DNA of 64,000 nt from assembly GCA_046483495.1 (NCBI GenBank), contig JAWODC010000092.1, positions 1 through 64,000 on the forward strand, read 5' to 3'. The stretch comes from Desulfobacterales bacterium (GTDB lineage: Bacteria; Desulfobacterota; Desulfobacteria; Desulfobacterales; UBA5616). Shown here in pieces: positions 9,937 through 20,868 of the stretch; the stretch's first letter is position 1; each line of letters opens with the position of its first letter. The notes beneath the pieces were generated by a model. The model saw nothing but the letters and a program-made list of their open reading frames with translations. It was not told where the DNA came from and ran no database searches. The translations under genes and the position numbers were made by a program.

Positions 9937-10563
9937 ATGAAAATCGATCTTCATGTCCATACGTACCCCAAATCCCAGTGCAGTAAAATCGATCCAAAAG
10001 AACTTGTCCAAGAGGCAAAGAGAATCGGGCTGGACGGTTTTTGCCTGACCGAGCATCAGTTCTTGTGGGACCCGGCGGAAGTGTCGGAATTGGCAGGAGA
10101 CAGCGGCATCAAAATTTTCAGGGGCAATGAAATCACAACAGCCCAGGGAGATGTCCTGGTTTTTGGCCTAGACGTTGACATCCAAGGCATTATCACTGTT
10201 GAAGAACTGCATCGATACGTTCGCGAAGCGGATGCTTTTTCGATAGCAGCACACCCATTTCGAGGGTTCAAGGTGTTTGGGTTCGGACAATTGGACATGA
10301 GTCTTGACCAAGCGTGTAAAAAGAAGATTTTGAAGTATGTGGATGCCGTTGAAGTAAAGAACGGCAGGGTCACCGAACAAGAGAACGAGGTGGCAGCAAA
10401 GGTTTCGGAAAAGCTGAACCTCATGCCGACGGCCGGAAGCGATGCCCATGAACTGGATGCACTGGGCACCTGGGTTATGGATTTTGAAGATGAGATCATG
10501 GAAGAAAAGTCCCTGGTCCGCTGCCTGCGTTCCGGAAAATTCACGATTTCTTCTTTGCGCTGA
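9937..10563 (+). CDS. PHP-domain metal-dependent phosphoesterase
   Basis: DLHVHT, TEH, GNEIT, AHPFR and GSDAH motifs. Confidence 0.92.
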   Translation: MKIDLHVHTYPKSQCSKIDPKELVQEAKRIGLDGFCLTEHQFLWDPAEVSELAGDSGIKIFRGNEITTAQGDVLVFGLDVDIQGIITVEELHRYVREADAFSIAAHPFRGFKVFGFGQLDMSLDQACKKKILKYVDAVEVKNGRVTEQENEVAAKVSEKLNLMPTAGSDAHELDALGTWVMDFEDEIMEEKSLVRCLRSGKFTISSLR

Positions 10564-10791
10564 ATAATGATTACAACCTCTTGCCTCGGCAGGGATTTTC
10601 CTTGCGGCGCGTATATTTGAACGGAGTTCAAACAGTTCAAACCGTTTCACACCAGATGTATACATTGCTCATGCTTCACCCATCGCGGCCCCGCGGGTTT
10701 TTCGCTTTACATTCGGCAAAAACCGGCGCTTTCTTGTCGGTCCACAGGGGCAATCCCGCTTTATCCGTCCAACGCCCTAAATGAAACGATT

Positions 10792-10892
10792 CGTGTCAAT
10801 CCAGAAATGAGATAATTCGCTCCATTTCAAGGCGGCTGGAATTAAAATTTTCCGGCCAACGAACAAAATGGAGTGAATTGGCCATTGCTGGC
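10792..10892 (-). repeat. Internally deleted copy of the palindromic MITE/REP-like element
   Basis: The reverse complement reads CCAGCAATGGCCAATTCACTCCATTTTGTTCGTTGGCCGGAAAATTTTAATTCCAGCCGCCTTGAAATGGAGCGAATTATCTCATTTCTGGATTGACAC. Both arms of the 50836 copy are present and the central loop is missing. Confidence 0.8.
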
Positions 10893-11121
10893 TATCTGCA
10901 AAGATTTTTTAAGACCTAAAGTTTCAACCCGAGGTTGACCGGAAACGAACCTTTTTTCACGGGTTTTCCTCCTGATGCACGGCATGTTCCATTCGGCCGA
11001 TTTTTCGGCATGTTCCTCCTTATTGCCTGAAAATTAAAAAAATTCTGTTCTAATTGTTGACTTGAATCTTTGATTTGGCATAAAATACCCGTAAAATAAA
11101 TGGAAAATCAAAGGAAATTGC

Positions 11122-11898
11122 ATGATGATAAGCAACCGCGAGATTGTCCATAAAATGATAAAAGAATCCATCGGGAAGGAATATAACGAGCGGCTTACAA
11201 AAAAGGAGATGAAAAAGGTCAGGAACCTCGATCTTGCCGCAATGGAAATTTCGGATGAGAGCCTGAAGTTCATCAAGGATCTGACGGAGATTGAAACGTT
11301 GTTCCTGGATGGGACGTGGATTACCGGGTCCGGGCTGAAATACCTGAAAAAGTTTTCCCGGTTAAAGCGGCTTTACCTGTTTAGAACCCGTGTAAACGAC
11401 AGGGGCTTGATTGCGTTCAAGTCATTGAAGAACCTGGATAGCCTTGAAGTTCTTTCCCTCGCCGAAACACGCATTTCAAACAGCGGCTTAAACCATATCA
11501 AACACCTGACCACGTTGAAGGACTTGGACATCAGCCATAACAGCGTATCGGACAAAGGAATAAAATACGTGACCAACTTTACGGCGTTGCAGGTTTTGAA
11601 CCTGAGCGGCACACAATTGACGGACATGGGGATGCGGTACATCAAAGAACTGCCGGTGCTGCAGATTCTATACCTCAGCGATACGGATATTTCCGATGAG
11701 GGGCTGTCGGAAATAAGAGGGTTGCCCCGTTTGGAAATGCTTTATCTGGACGGTACGAAGGTTTCGAATAGAAGCCTGGATTATTTGCGCCTAATGAAAT
11801 CACTGAACTGGTTGTCATTGTATGATACCAATGTCACAAAAAATGGAATGGCCGAACTTCAAAAAGATCTTCCCGACTGCGTTATTTTGGATCGATAG
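11122..11898 (+). CDS. Leucine-rich repeat protein
   Basis: About nine 24-aa LxxLxLxxTxIxDxGLxxL repeats. No signal peptide seen. Confidence 0.92.
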   Translation: MMISNREIVHKMIKESIGKEYNERLTKKEMKKVRNLDLAAMEISDESLKFIKDLTEIETLFLDGTWITGSGLKYLKKFSRLKRLYLFRTRVNDRGLIAFKSLKNLDSLEVLSLAETRISNSGLNHIKHLTTLKDLDISHNSVSDKGIKYVTNFTALQVLNLSGTQLTDMGMRYIKELPVLQILYLSDTDISDEGLSEIRGLPRLEMLYLDGTKVSNRSLDYLRLMKSLNWLSLYDTNVTKNGMAELQKDLPDCVILDR

Positions 11899-11945
11899 CG
11901 CTCCCGATCCGTCCTTTTAACTCCGTTTTATAAAAATATTCTGCT

Positions 11946-14900
11946 TTATCCCTCGATCAGCGATTCCACCACTTTTGGAAGTACTTCCGGAAGCGAGAAT
12001 ATATCCCGGATTACCAGGTAATTTCGAGGATCGCACATTTTTTTTAAATAATCGCTTCCGCCCTGGTCCACCGTGATGCAAAACGGTTGGACTCCGTGGT
12101 TCTTCGCTTCTAGAAGCGCCATCATCGTATCGTGCAGACCGTATTCGTGAGACGACCTGTCCTCACCGTAATCGGAATCCTGTGGAAATCCGTCGCTTAA
12201 CAGAACCAACAGGCGCTGACTGTTTTCAAGGGCCGCCATTTTTTCGGCGGCATGCCGTATGGCCGGCCCCATTCGAGTGCTCTGCTTGGGGGCGATGCCG
12301 GCGATTCGCTCTTTGAGTTCATCCGAATACACGTCTTCGAAGTCCTTTATACGGTAGAAATCGACCTTTTTTCTGCCGAAGCCGGAGAATCCGTATATCG
12401 CATATTCGTCGTTCAGCGCCTCCAATGCTTCTGCGAGAACCACCAGACTCTCAATTTCTATATCGATGATCTTTTTGCCTTCTTTGGCGCTTTCCGATGC
12501 CGAAGGGCAGCTTGTGTTGATGCGTTCACCCTCTTTGAGGGATGATGCGGGGTTGCCGGTTGACGCACTCATGTCGATGAGAAGAAGAACGGCGATTTTG
12601 CGAATCTTTTTCTCTTTTCGGATAAAGATCTTGTCCGTCGGCTGGCTTCCGCTCCTTTTATCCACAACCACCTGGATTGCCGACGGCAGGTCGATTTCAT
12701 CCCCCCATTCAACTCTCGGGACTACATCAAGATTTTGGGGACGTATTTGCTGAAATTGACGTCTGACCCGCCGGATAAGATCGGCATGATCCCGGTAAAT
12801 GTCTTCGATGAGTGCAGAGCGTGTTCCCTGAACGGTTTTTTCCGATAAGCGGCACCATTTCTTCCGGTAAGCACCCTGCAGGAAATCCCACTCGTCGTAA
12901 TAAAACGGTCCATCCACCGAATCGGAATTGTGTCTAAGCAAGCGGTCCGGTGCTGTTGAAGCATCGGGGTGAAAGTCACTTTCCTGAGGACTTTTCGAAA
13001 ACGGAATATCCGAACGGTCTGCCAACTGCAACCCTTGAGAAGACTTGATTTTATCCTCCACCACTTTCAGAATTTCCAATGGATCCATGCCGTCAAGCAG
13101 TTTTTTGATCTCCTCCGGCGACAGGGGGGCGCCTGTCTCCTCGTTGGCCGCCTCCATTTTTTCAGCGTTCAGAGAAACGGGTTCATACGGCTTCGACGGG
13201 TTTGCCATTCCGCGATAGAGCAGGGGCTGCATTTTTTGGTAAACGTGGCGCTCGGCATTTGCATCTGTTCTTTTGAACGGTTCACACGACAGTGGCGGCG
13301 TATTGGGCAGCCTGCGGATATAGCGGTATATCTCAAACGTTTTTAAAAAGCAGTGCCGAATGGTCGTGGCCTTTTGGTAGAATCCGGTGAGCGCTTGCTG
13401 CAAAAAATCGACGTGCCGGCCAAGCGAAGCGGGCGGGGAGAATTCAATGTCGTTTAAGCCCATGCCGGACAAGGTCATCCGTAAAAGCATCTCGGTAAGA
13501 GAAGACCAGAGGGGCAGCTTTTCAAGCGGTGTTCTGCCTTTCAGCCCTCGTGAGACAGCCTCCCGGAGGTCTTCTGTCAGGCCTGGATAGTTGCTGGTCA
13601 GCATCCAATCGATACGGCCGTCTTCTAAAATCAAAAAAATGTCGCGTACAAGTTCTTTATCGGGAAGGCATTCGAAAATGTGCAGCATCGGGTTCAGCCC
13701 GTTTTTAAATGATTCGAACTCCAGGTATCCGGCTTGATGTGCGGTGGCGGCTTTATAGCAATTGAAATTCTCTATGGGTGTAGTTCCGTCGGCAATATAC
13801 GGGGGAAGAAAAATCGTTTTCCCGTCGGTAAAGGGATAAATCCCGGATTCTCTAAGAGAATCCTGTTTGCTTGATTTTTTTACATGCAGCGTATGCCCGG
13901 TCAAGGCTTGGGCGAAAATGGACAAAATCTGGCTGTAATCTTCCAGAAGAACCGCGTTTTTCCACCTTTCCATCTGGACGATGGCGTCCGTTGAGGACAA
14001 GGAAAAATACGATACAAGATCGTAGCCGGTATTTATTCGGGATAGGGCGAACTCGGTAAACCGGCCTAAGAATTCTACGGGAATTTGGGTCAACACATCA
14101 GGTATATGGCGGATAAACGCCCTGGCGGCATCGACGGAAAAATCGACCAACCGTCCGGATTCGCCAAGAATCGTCTCCCTGGAAGGATAGGGCCGGTTTT
14201 GCAGTGCATTCATCAACAGATCGAAATCTTTGGCAATATTTTGAGGGTGGGGTTCGGTGAGTTTCTCGACCAATGTCAGAATCGTATCCCGTGTATTCGG
14301 ACTGGCTTCGGCCAAACGGGAAGACGACCGTAAAACAAACGTAAGCGCCTTTTCAGGGGCCACTTTTATCAGCGATGACGTCAGTCGATAAAGGATGTTG
14401 CGTTCAGGCCAGTTCAGGCTGGAGAATCCTTCGATAGGATCTCTGAAGTAACGCATGGCCAGCAGCGGTGATTTCCTCAAAAATTCAAGACCGAGCTTTT
14501 TCCACTCCTGCAGTTCCCGAAAGGTCATGTATTTCAAATGGTCGATGCTGGTTTCAAAAAACAGAGCCGCCGAACGGTTATCCTCCGGGGCGGTATTCAG
14601 AATCTCAATTCCCCAGTCCGCCCATTTGCCGATGTGGTGAATATCAGAGTGTTGAAGAAACAGGGGAGTAAAATGATAGAACATGGAGGCGCTGTGGGTG
14701 CAATACCCGAGGATTCTTTCCCCCTTGTCCAGCCAGCCCTTCAAATAAGCCGATGCATTTGAATTCAGAAGACAGGGGCCGGCTTCGAGAAAGCACTCTG
14801 CAACCCGGTCATTCGGTTTTGAATCGAACAAACGAATTCCGGCATCGGCCCACAATACGAAATGTTCAGTGGTGACCGCGGTAAGCAGTTTTTCACCAAT

Positions 14901-15092
14901 GCGAAAGAATTTCTTTCCCAGCGCGGCCGAATGCTGCGCGTACCGTCCGGCATACGCCGATAATTCTTCGAAGGTAATGCAATTCATTGCTTCAGGTTCA
15001 AAAACAGGTTGGGCTTCATCGGTTTCATCGGTCAGAAAATCCATTAAAAACCGCCTGTCAATCAGCAGCATGGGATCATTTTTTTCGCCCAA
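11946..15092 (-). CDS. Large VWA-domain protein (NorD/CbbO-like MoxR partner)
   Basis: C-terminal MIDAS LLIDMSAST, STRMGPAIRHA, LSDGFPQD and YDEWD motifs. Central TDGKTIFLP, AHQAG and LEDGRID segments. Confidence 0.9.
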   Translation of the reverse strand: MGEKNDPMLLIDRRFLMDFLTDETDEAQPVFEPEAMNCITFEELSAYAGRYAQHSAALGKKFFRIGEKLLTAVTTEHFVLWADAGIRLFDSKPNDRVAECFLEAGPCLLNSNASAYLKGWLDKGERILGYCTHSASMFYHFTPLFLQHSDIHHIGKWADWGIEILNTAPEDNRSAALFFETSIDHLKYMTFRELQEWKKLGLEFLRKSPLLAMRYFRDPIEGFSSLNWPERNILYRLTSSLIKVAPEKALTFVLRSSSRLAEASPNTRDTILTLVEKLTEPHPQNIAKDFDLLMNALQNRPYPSRETILGESGRLVDFSVDAARAFIRHIPDVLTQIPVEFLGRFTEFALSRINTGYDLVSYFSLSSTDAIVQMERWKNAVLLEDYSQILSIFAQALTGHTLHVKKSSKQDSLRESGIYPFTDGKTIFLPPYIADGTTPIENFNCYKAATAHQAGYLEFESFKNGLNPMLHIFECLPDKELVRDIFLILEDGRIDWMLTSNYPGLTEDLREAVSRGLKGRTPLEKLPLWSSLTEMLLRMTLSGMGLNDIEFSPPASLGRHVDFLQQALTGFYQKATTIRHCFLKTFEIYRYIRRLPNTPPLSCEPFKRTDANAERHVYQKMQPLLYRGMANPSKPYEPVSLNAEKMEAANEETGAPLSPEEIKKLLDGMDPLEILKVVEDKIKSSQGLQLADRSDIPFSKSPQESDFHPDASTAPDRLLRHNSDSVDGPFYYDEWDFLQGAYRKKWCRLSEKTVQGTRSALIEDIYRDHADLIRRVRRQFQQIRPQNLDVVPRVEWGDEIDLPSAIQVVVDKRSGSQPTDKIFIRKEKKIRKIAVLLLIDMSASTGNPASSLKEGERINTSCPSASESAKEGKKIIDIEIESLVVLAEALEALNDEYAIYGFSGFGRKKVDFYRIKDFEDVYSDELKERIAGIAPKQSTRMGPAIRHAAEKMAALENSQRLLVLLSDGFPQDSDYGEDRSSHEYGLHDTMMALLEAKNHGVQPFCITVDQGGSDYLKKMCDPRNYLVIRDIFSLPEVLPKVVESLIEG

Positions 15093-15107
15093 TCCATCAA
15101 CTCCGTA

Positions 15108-15956
15108 TTATTTGGGGAAAATGGCGGAAACAACTTCCGAAATGGCCCGCTGAACTTGCTTTTCATCCGAAACGGACGCCGTTATTGCGATTTCACACGC
15201 TCGTTTTCGCGATATTCCCTGCCGGACCAATCTCCCGGCGTAGATTAAAAGCCGTGTCCCGGCCGCCTCGGTCAGGACGTGCCCCTTCAAATTTCTGATT
15301 TTCTGGCCCACTCGGGCAAGATCCATGGCGGTGCTCTCGTCCACACCACTCTCGTGCTCGATAATAACAGCTTCTTTTTCCGGCGGCGGATAATCGAATT
15401 CAATGGCGATAAATCGTTGCCGGGTGCTGTGTTTCAAATTTTTAATCGTGCTCTGGTATCCCGGATTGTAAGAAATAACGAGAAAAAAATTCGCGTGGGC
15501 TTCCACGATCCGGCCCTTTTTGTCCAGCGGCAGCATGCGCCGGTGATCGGATAACGGATGGATGATCACGGTGGTGTCTTTCCTGGCTTCGACAATCTCA
15601 TCCAAATAGCAAATGGCGCCGCTCTTTACGGCCTTGGTCAGTGGGCCGTCCACCCAGACGGTTTCATCGCCTTTTAAGAGAAATTTGCCCACCAAATCGG
15701 TCGAGGTCAGGTCTTCGTGGCAGGCAACCGTAACCAGGGGCAGGCCTTCCTTCGGCTCTTCGCCGACTTCCCCGCCGAGAAGGTAGGCCATGTATTCGAC
15801 GAATCGTGTCTTCCCGGTTCCGGTCGGGCCTTTCAACAAAACGGGGATTTTCGATTCAAACGCCGCTTTGAAGATGTTTATTTCGTCACTTATCGGCAAA
15901 TAAAACGGTTCGCGGGTGATTCGGTAGTCTTCGATATTGATTTCTCTGATTTCCAT
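15108..15956 (-). CDS. CbbQ/NirQ/NorQ-family MoxR AAA+ ATPase
   Basis: Walker [41 protein letters not shown] and STRQRF motifs. Confidence 0.95.
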   Translation of the reverse strand: MEIREINIEDYRITREPFYLPISDEINIFKAAFESKIPVLLKGPTGTGKTRFVEYMAYLLGGEVGEEPKEGLPLVTVACHEDLTSTDLVGKFLLKGDETVWVDGPLTKAVKSGAICYLDEIVEARKDTTVIIHPLSDHRRMLPLDKKGRIVEAHANFFLVISYNPGYQSTIKNLKHSTRQRFIAIEFDYPPPEKEAVIIEHESGVDESTAMDLARVGQKIRNLKGHVLTEAAGTRLLIYAGRLVRQGISRKRACEIAITASVSDEKQVQRAISEVVSAIFPK

Positions 15957-16360
15957 TCAAGTGCAGCCTTCCGAAGGTGATATTATATATAATGATGTTT
16001 TCCGTCACACGCATGTTCTTGCGCCTATGACGATTTTCCGGCGCGTCTATTCGTCAAAAAAGGTCTTTACACGTAATCCTATATCCGATATACGCTTGCT
16101 GCGTCAACCTTTAGAACCTTTCCTAAAAAGCCGGGCGCTATTCAGGTGCCAAACGCGACATCCTCGGATCCGGTTGCAGGTGGTGTTTGGTTTTCTTCTA
16201 TGCTATGGTGATAATAGAAACCGGTTCAAATCCAAAGTGATATCCGTATCGAAGTGAAAACGCATCGTCCGAATTCCGATCCCGGGCCCGATAAAGAATA
16301 GCCTTTGGCAACGTGCGGAGGTTTATACGATCTTTTCAAACCTTGAAAGGAATCGCCACT

Positions 16361-17125
16361 ATGGAATTTGAATGTATACGCTACGACAAATCAGAGGGTA
16401 TCGCCGTGCTCACCCTTAACCGTCCACAGGTCCTGAATGCCATGAACAAGCAGTTGTGGATCGATTTTCAGACGGCCTTGGCGGATGCCGGGAAAGATCC
16501 GGATGTCAAGGTTCTCGTGATTACAGGAACCGGACGGGCGTTTTCTGCAGGAGCGGATCTAAAAGAGTCCAGAAACCGGAGTGCCGAGGCTTACCGGGAT
16601 TATCTGGAGGCGCTTCAGGAATCATCCAAAAGGATTATTCGATTCGACAAGCCGACGATTGCGGCCATAAACGGTTATGCGCTCGGGTCCGGATATGAAC
16701 TGGCGCTGGCGTGCGATATACGGATTGCAGCTGAAGATGCCCAAATAGGATCACCCGAAGCAAGGGTCAGCTCCTCAGTAACCGGAGGAGCACTGCGGTT
16801 GATACAAGAACTGGTCGGACCGGGAAAGGCGAAGGAACTCCTCTTTACCGCCAGGAATATAGACGGCCGGGAAGCGGAAAGAATCGGTCTCGTGAATGTG
16901 GCGGTGGCTGGAAAAGATCTGATGGATAAGACCCGGGAAATAGCGCGCGAGATCGCTGAAAATTCCGCTTTTTCCATAAAGCTCATCAAGAAAGGCCTGC
17001 GAATGGCCGGTGAGGTTAGTCTGGACGCGCTGATGGACTATGAAGTCGAAGCCTGTCTGGCATGTGTCGGCACTTCGGAGCGTGACGTTTCTTTGACGCG
17101 TTTTGAACAGCGCAAGCACGAGTAG
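16361..17125 (+). CDS. Enoyl-CoA hydratase/isomerase
   Basis: LTLNRP..LNA, AFSAGADL, KPTIAAINGYALGSGYELALACDIR and PE motifs. Confidence 0.93.
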   Translation: MEFECIRYDKSEGIAVLTLNRPQVLNAMNKQLWIDFQTALADAGKDPDVKVLVITGTGRAFSAGADLKESRNRSAEAYRDYLEALQESSKRIIRFDKPTIAAINGYALGSGYELALACDIRIAAEDAQIGSPEARVSSSVTGGALRLIQELVGPGKAKELLFTARNIDGREAERIGLVNVAVAGKDLMDKTREIAREIAENSAFSIKLIKKGLRMAGEVSLDALMDYEVEACLACVGTSERDVSLTRFEQRKHE

Positions 17126-17168
17126 CTTGGTTTGTCGCCGGCGGGATTACAATTTTAAAGGAGCAAAC

Positions 17169-19319
17169 ATGACGTTGAATAAGGTTTTAAATGCCGAATC
17201 CGTAGCTGTTGTGGGGGCATCGAAAACCGATACCAAAAGGGGATTTCAAGCCATTCGAACGCTGCTTGACGAACAATTCGAAGGCAAGATTTTCCCGGTC
17301 AATCCGAAAGAAAAAAAGATTCTTGGTATTCCCTGCTATCAAAAAATTTCCGATATCGAAGAACCGGTCGATCTGGTGCTTATCACCACGCCGGCCAATA
17401 CCATCAAGGCCGTTTTGCAGGACTGCGGAAAGAAAGGGGTTGCCGGAGCCGTGATCATCGCCGGCGGGTTCAGGGAGCTTGGCGCAGAAGGCAAGAATCT
17501 CGAGGATGAAGTAATCGACGAAGCCAGACGCCACGATATCCGTTTGATCGGGCCCAATACCTCCGGCATGATGAATCTTAAAAAAAACCTCAATCTGGTT
17601 GGACTTCAGCACGTTCCAAAGGGAGACATCGCACTGATTTCACAAAGCGGCAACATGGCCCTGAGCATCATCACCGAAGCAAAACTTAAGAGCAGAAAAG
17701 GATTTTCCTATTATGTAGGTGTGGGAAACGAGCTGGACGTGCGCTTTCATGAATATTTGGAGTTTTTCAAGAACGATTCAGCCACCCATGCCATCCTGAT
17801 GTACGTGGAAGGTATGCGGGACGGCAGACGCTTCCTCCAGGAAGCCTATAAAACGACCCTTCACAAACCGATAATTCTGCTCAAAGGCGGCCGCTCCAAG
17901 ACCGGCCGGCGCAGTGTCGGGTCACATACCGGGGCGATGGCCGGCATTTCCGAGGTGTCGCGAACGGCCTTTAAACGCGCCGGTATCATTGTGATTGAAA
18001 AATCGGATATTCTTTTTCCGGTGGCGGAAGCCCTTTCGAACCTTCCCACGATAAAGAACAACCGGGTCGCCATTTTGGCGGATGGCGGCGGCCACGCGAC
18101 AATCGCCGCCGATATCCTCACCGATTTAGGCATTTCCATTCCGGAAATGAGTGAGCATACCCAGCAGAAATTAAAAAAAATATTGCCGTTCACCGCTTCC
18201 GTAAAAAATCCGGTGGATGTAGCCGGCGGAACGGATTCCGATCCGTCGCTTTTTGCCGAATGCGCCCGCATCATGTTAAAAGACCACAATGTCGGGGGTC
18301 TGCTGATGGTGGGTCTGTTCGGCGGCTATGGCATTCGGTTTGCCGAAAGCCTTTCCTGGTCCGAGGAAGATGCGGCTCATCAGCTCGGAAAGCTGGTGCA
18401 AAGCAAAAATAAACCCATTGTAGTCCACAGCCTTTACAGCTCGGTAAAACCGCATGCATTGGACCTGCTTCGGTATTATAAAATTCCGGTGTATGATTCC
18501 CTGGACGTGGCCTGCAACTGCATATGGGCCCTGGGTGAAAGGGGCCAGTACCTGAATGAATACCACGCCAAGGTCAATTTTATTATAAACTGGCGTGCCA
18601 AGGCGAAAGCAGAAGGGGAGGAATTGATTGCGCGGGCATTCGAAGATGGACGGCGGTTTCTGCTCGAGCCGGAAGCCAAGCAGTTGTTGCGCAGCCACGG
18701 CGCGCCGGTGATCAAGGACTCGTTGGCGGCGAGCGCAGAAGAAGCTGTTGAAATCGCTGGGAAAATAGACGGTGAAGTGGCTTTGAAAATCGTTTCTCCT
18801 GATATACTCCATAAAAGCGATGCCGGTGGTGTGCGGCTTCATCTAAAAACCGCCCGGCAGGTTGCCGGGGCGTTCGGCGAAATCATTAAAAGCGCCGGTA
18901 AATACAAACCAGATGCAGACATCCGCGGTGTTCTGGTTTCACCCATGGCCGATCCGGGGCTGGAAGTAATTATCGGTACAAAAATCGATGACCAATTCGG
19001 CCCGATTATCATGTTCGGTCTTGGCGGCGTATTAGTGGAAGTGTTAAAGGATGTTTCCTTCAGGGTTTTGCCCATTTCCCCCAGATCCGCAAAAAAAATG
19101 ATGGAAGATATCAAAGGGGCACCCATATTGAATGGTATTCGGGGAACCGCGCCCTATGACAAAACCAACTTGAGAAAGCTGCTGCTGCTGTGTTCCGAAA
19201 TTATGGAATCATACCCTGAAATCGCCGAGATGGATTTGAATCCCGTCGTTTTATACCATTACGGGGCGAGTATCGTAGACGCCCGCATCATTTTGCAGGA
19301 GAACAACCCATGGCTATGA
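17169..19319 (+). CDS. ADP-forming acyl/acetate-CoA ligase (fused alpha-beta)
   Basis: SVAVVGAS, GPNTSG, ISQSG, phospho-His in SHTG, NPVD, ATP-grasp KIVSPDILHKSDAGGV and EMDLNPV motifs. Confidence 0.95.
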   Translation: MTLNKVLNAESVAVVGASKTDTKRGFQAIRTLLDEQFEGKIFPVNPKEKKILGIPCYQKISDIEEPVDLVLITTPANTIKAVLQDCGKKGVAGAVIIAGGFRELGAEGKNLEDEVIDEARRHDIRLIGPNTSGMMNLKKNLNLVGLQHVPKGDIALISQSGNMALSIITEAKLKSRKGFSYYVGVGNELDVRFHEYLEFFKNDSATHAILMYVEGMRDGRRFLQEAYKTTLHKPIILLKGGRSKTGRRSVGSHTGAMAGISEVSRTAFKRAGIIVIEKSDILFPVAEALSNLPTIKNNRVAILADGGGHATIAADILTDLGISIPEMSEHTQQKLKKILPFTASVKNPVDVAGGTDSDPSLFAECARIMLKDHNVGGLLMVGLFGGYGIRFAESLSWSEEDAAHQLGKLVQSKNKPIVVHSLYSSVKPHALDLLRYYKIPVYDSLDVACNCIWALGERGQYLNEYHAKVNFIINWRAKAKAEGEELIARAFEDGRRFLLEPEAKQLLRSHGAPVIKDSLAASAEEAVEIAGKIDGEVALKIVSPDILHKSDAGGVRLHLKTARQVAGAFGEIIKSAGKYKPDADIRGVLVSPMADPGLEVIIGTKIDDQFGPIIMFGLGGVLVEVLKDVSFRVLPISPRSAKKMMEDIKGAPILNGIRGTAPYDKTNLRKLLLLCSEIMESYPEIAEMDLNPVVLYHYGASIVDARIILQENNPWL

Positions 19320-19888
19320 TTCCGTGCGGCGTGGCCCCCCGGATTTCGGATTCCGTGAGAAAAATCATCGACTCCAGCGCCGACATAATCGGCAATTTCG
19401 AGGCAAATCGGTTTCGTCTTTGTACAGACCAGGACTTGTATGATATCGAGGATACCGATTCCGGCAAACAGATGCTGCACGTCGCGCTATCCACTGTGGC
19501 CCACATCTGGAATGCACTGATGCCGTCATCCATAGCGATCGACCTTAGAAGAAAGCTCGCAAACGGGTCAAACCCCCTGGTGGTACAGATCCGACCGGCG
19601 AATCATGCTAATGTACGGGAAGTGTGCATCATGATAAAAGACAACAAGGATGCTGCACCGGAAAAAGAAACAGCACCCGAACCCCCGGCTTCAGGCAAAT
19701 CGATGCATCCTGATGACGCAAGCCTGATTTGCTCTTTGAATCAAATCGTTGCGGACCCGTTTGCCGTTGCCGGGGAGATTTTTCGAAACCTCACCACACA
19801 CGAGTGGGAAACCTTCAAGCTGTTGACGCATCGCAAGGGCGTATTGCCCTTTTTTCGCGATACCCAAAACGTCGTGTATCCCCCTTAA
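19310..19888 (+). CDS. Hypothetical protein (true start uncertain; alternative ATG at 19631)
   Basis: The ORF fills the gap and overlaps the ligase stop codon. No recognisable motif. Confidence 0.35.
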   Translation: MAMIPCGVAPRISDSVRKIIDSSADIIGNFEANRFRLCTDQDLYDIEDTDSGKQMLHVALSTVAHIWNALMPSSIAIDLRRKLANGSNPLVVQIRPANHANVREVCIMIKDNKDAAPEKETAPEPPASGKSMHPDDASLICSLNQIVADPFAVAGEIFRNLTTHEWETFKLLTHRKGVLPFFRDTQNVVYPP

Positions 19889-19894
19889 TGCCGT

Positions 19895-20806
19895 TTATTC
19901 AGGGTCATCCGTCGCTGTAAGGCCCACCTGGTGATTCTCGGGCGGGGGGTTATCAGCGTCAACCAATATAATGACATTGCATTGCCTGAGAAATGCCAGA
20001 TGTGCAGATGAGCTCTTCAATGTTTGCGCATCCGCGTTGCTGATGATAATGTCCGCCCCTCGGCCGTTCTTTTGACGCAGGCCCTTAACCGTCAACGGGT
20101 ATTCACCCGCACTGGGATGATCGATTGCATAGGCCATGTCGTCCACATAACAGCACAGACCCTTCTGTACGGCCGTCTCGCGGCTTACGAAGACGGGGCC
20201 GTAAACCTCATTGAGATTTTCATCGTAAATTCGGGGGGTCATGGCCGGTTTAATGCCCAGTCCTCTGGCATCGATGATGAGACCCGAATAATCGGATGCA
20301 TTGATCGAGGTCACCATGCCTTGGATGTCATTCACCTTGCTGTTAACCGGTTTAACGGACTCCACGTGTTCGATTTCGGCGGGCAGGACAAGCTGAGAGA
20401 ATCCACCGAATAAACTCATTTGAACACCCACATCGGCCGTACCGTTTGTCAGATATTCCTGCCTGACAATATCGGCTTCCTTTACCATGTCCATTAATTT
20501 GGCCATTACTCTATCGCTTTTTTCCGCGAAATCACCGACCCGGGAATCGGCATCGATTCGAACCGCTTTAACAATTTCAAGGAGCTGTTGAAACGCCCTC
20601 GTTTTCGCCGCGGCCAGGGCTTTTTGGCAATCGATCTTGCGGGGATCGTCATCAGCGGGTAAGGTTATGCCGGTTGCCGACAGTTTCCCCAGCGTCCAGT
20701 TGATGGAACCCGTTTCAAACCGCTCGACAACATCCGCCAAGCACGGCACGGTCCACAAAAGAGCGATCAGCAGGCTGAAGATGATAAGTCGAATATGCCG
20801 GTGCAT
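19895..20806 (-). CDS. Exported protein, LPP20/FlgT-N-like
   Basis: Signal peptide, then INWT.G..SA.G, SGLIIDARG...PAMTPRI and GADIIIS segments. Confidence 0.75.
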   Translation of the reverse strand: MHRHIRLIIFSLLIALLWTVPCLADVVERFETGSINWTLGKLSATGITLPADDDPRKIDCQKALAAAKTRAFQQLLEIVKAVRIDADSRVGDFAEKSDRVMAKLMDMVKEADIVRQEYLTNGTADVGVQMSLFGGFSQLVLPAEIEHVESVKPVNSKVNDIQGMVTSINASDYSGLIIDARGLGIKPAMTPRIYDENLNEVYGPVFVSRETAVQKGLCCYVDDMAYAIDHPSAGEYPLTVKGLRQKNGRGADIIISNADAQTLKSSSAHLAFLRQCNVIILVDADNPPPENHQVGLTATDDPE

Positions 20807-20868
20807 ACGTACATCCTTAAAAAATTTTCCGATGCCGCAGGTCGGCTTGACGATAAACGGCAACCGGA

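Noticed and set aside
11075..11091. TTGGCATAAAAT as a sigma54 promoter for the LRR gene
   Set aside because: The -24 element is present but there is no TTGC at -12.
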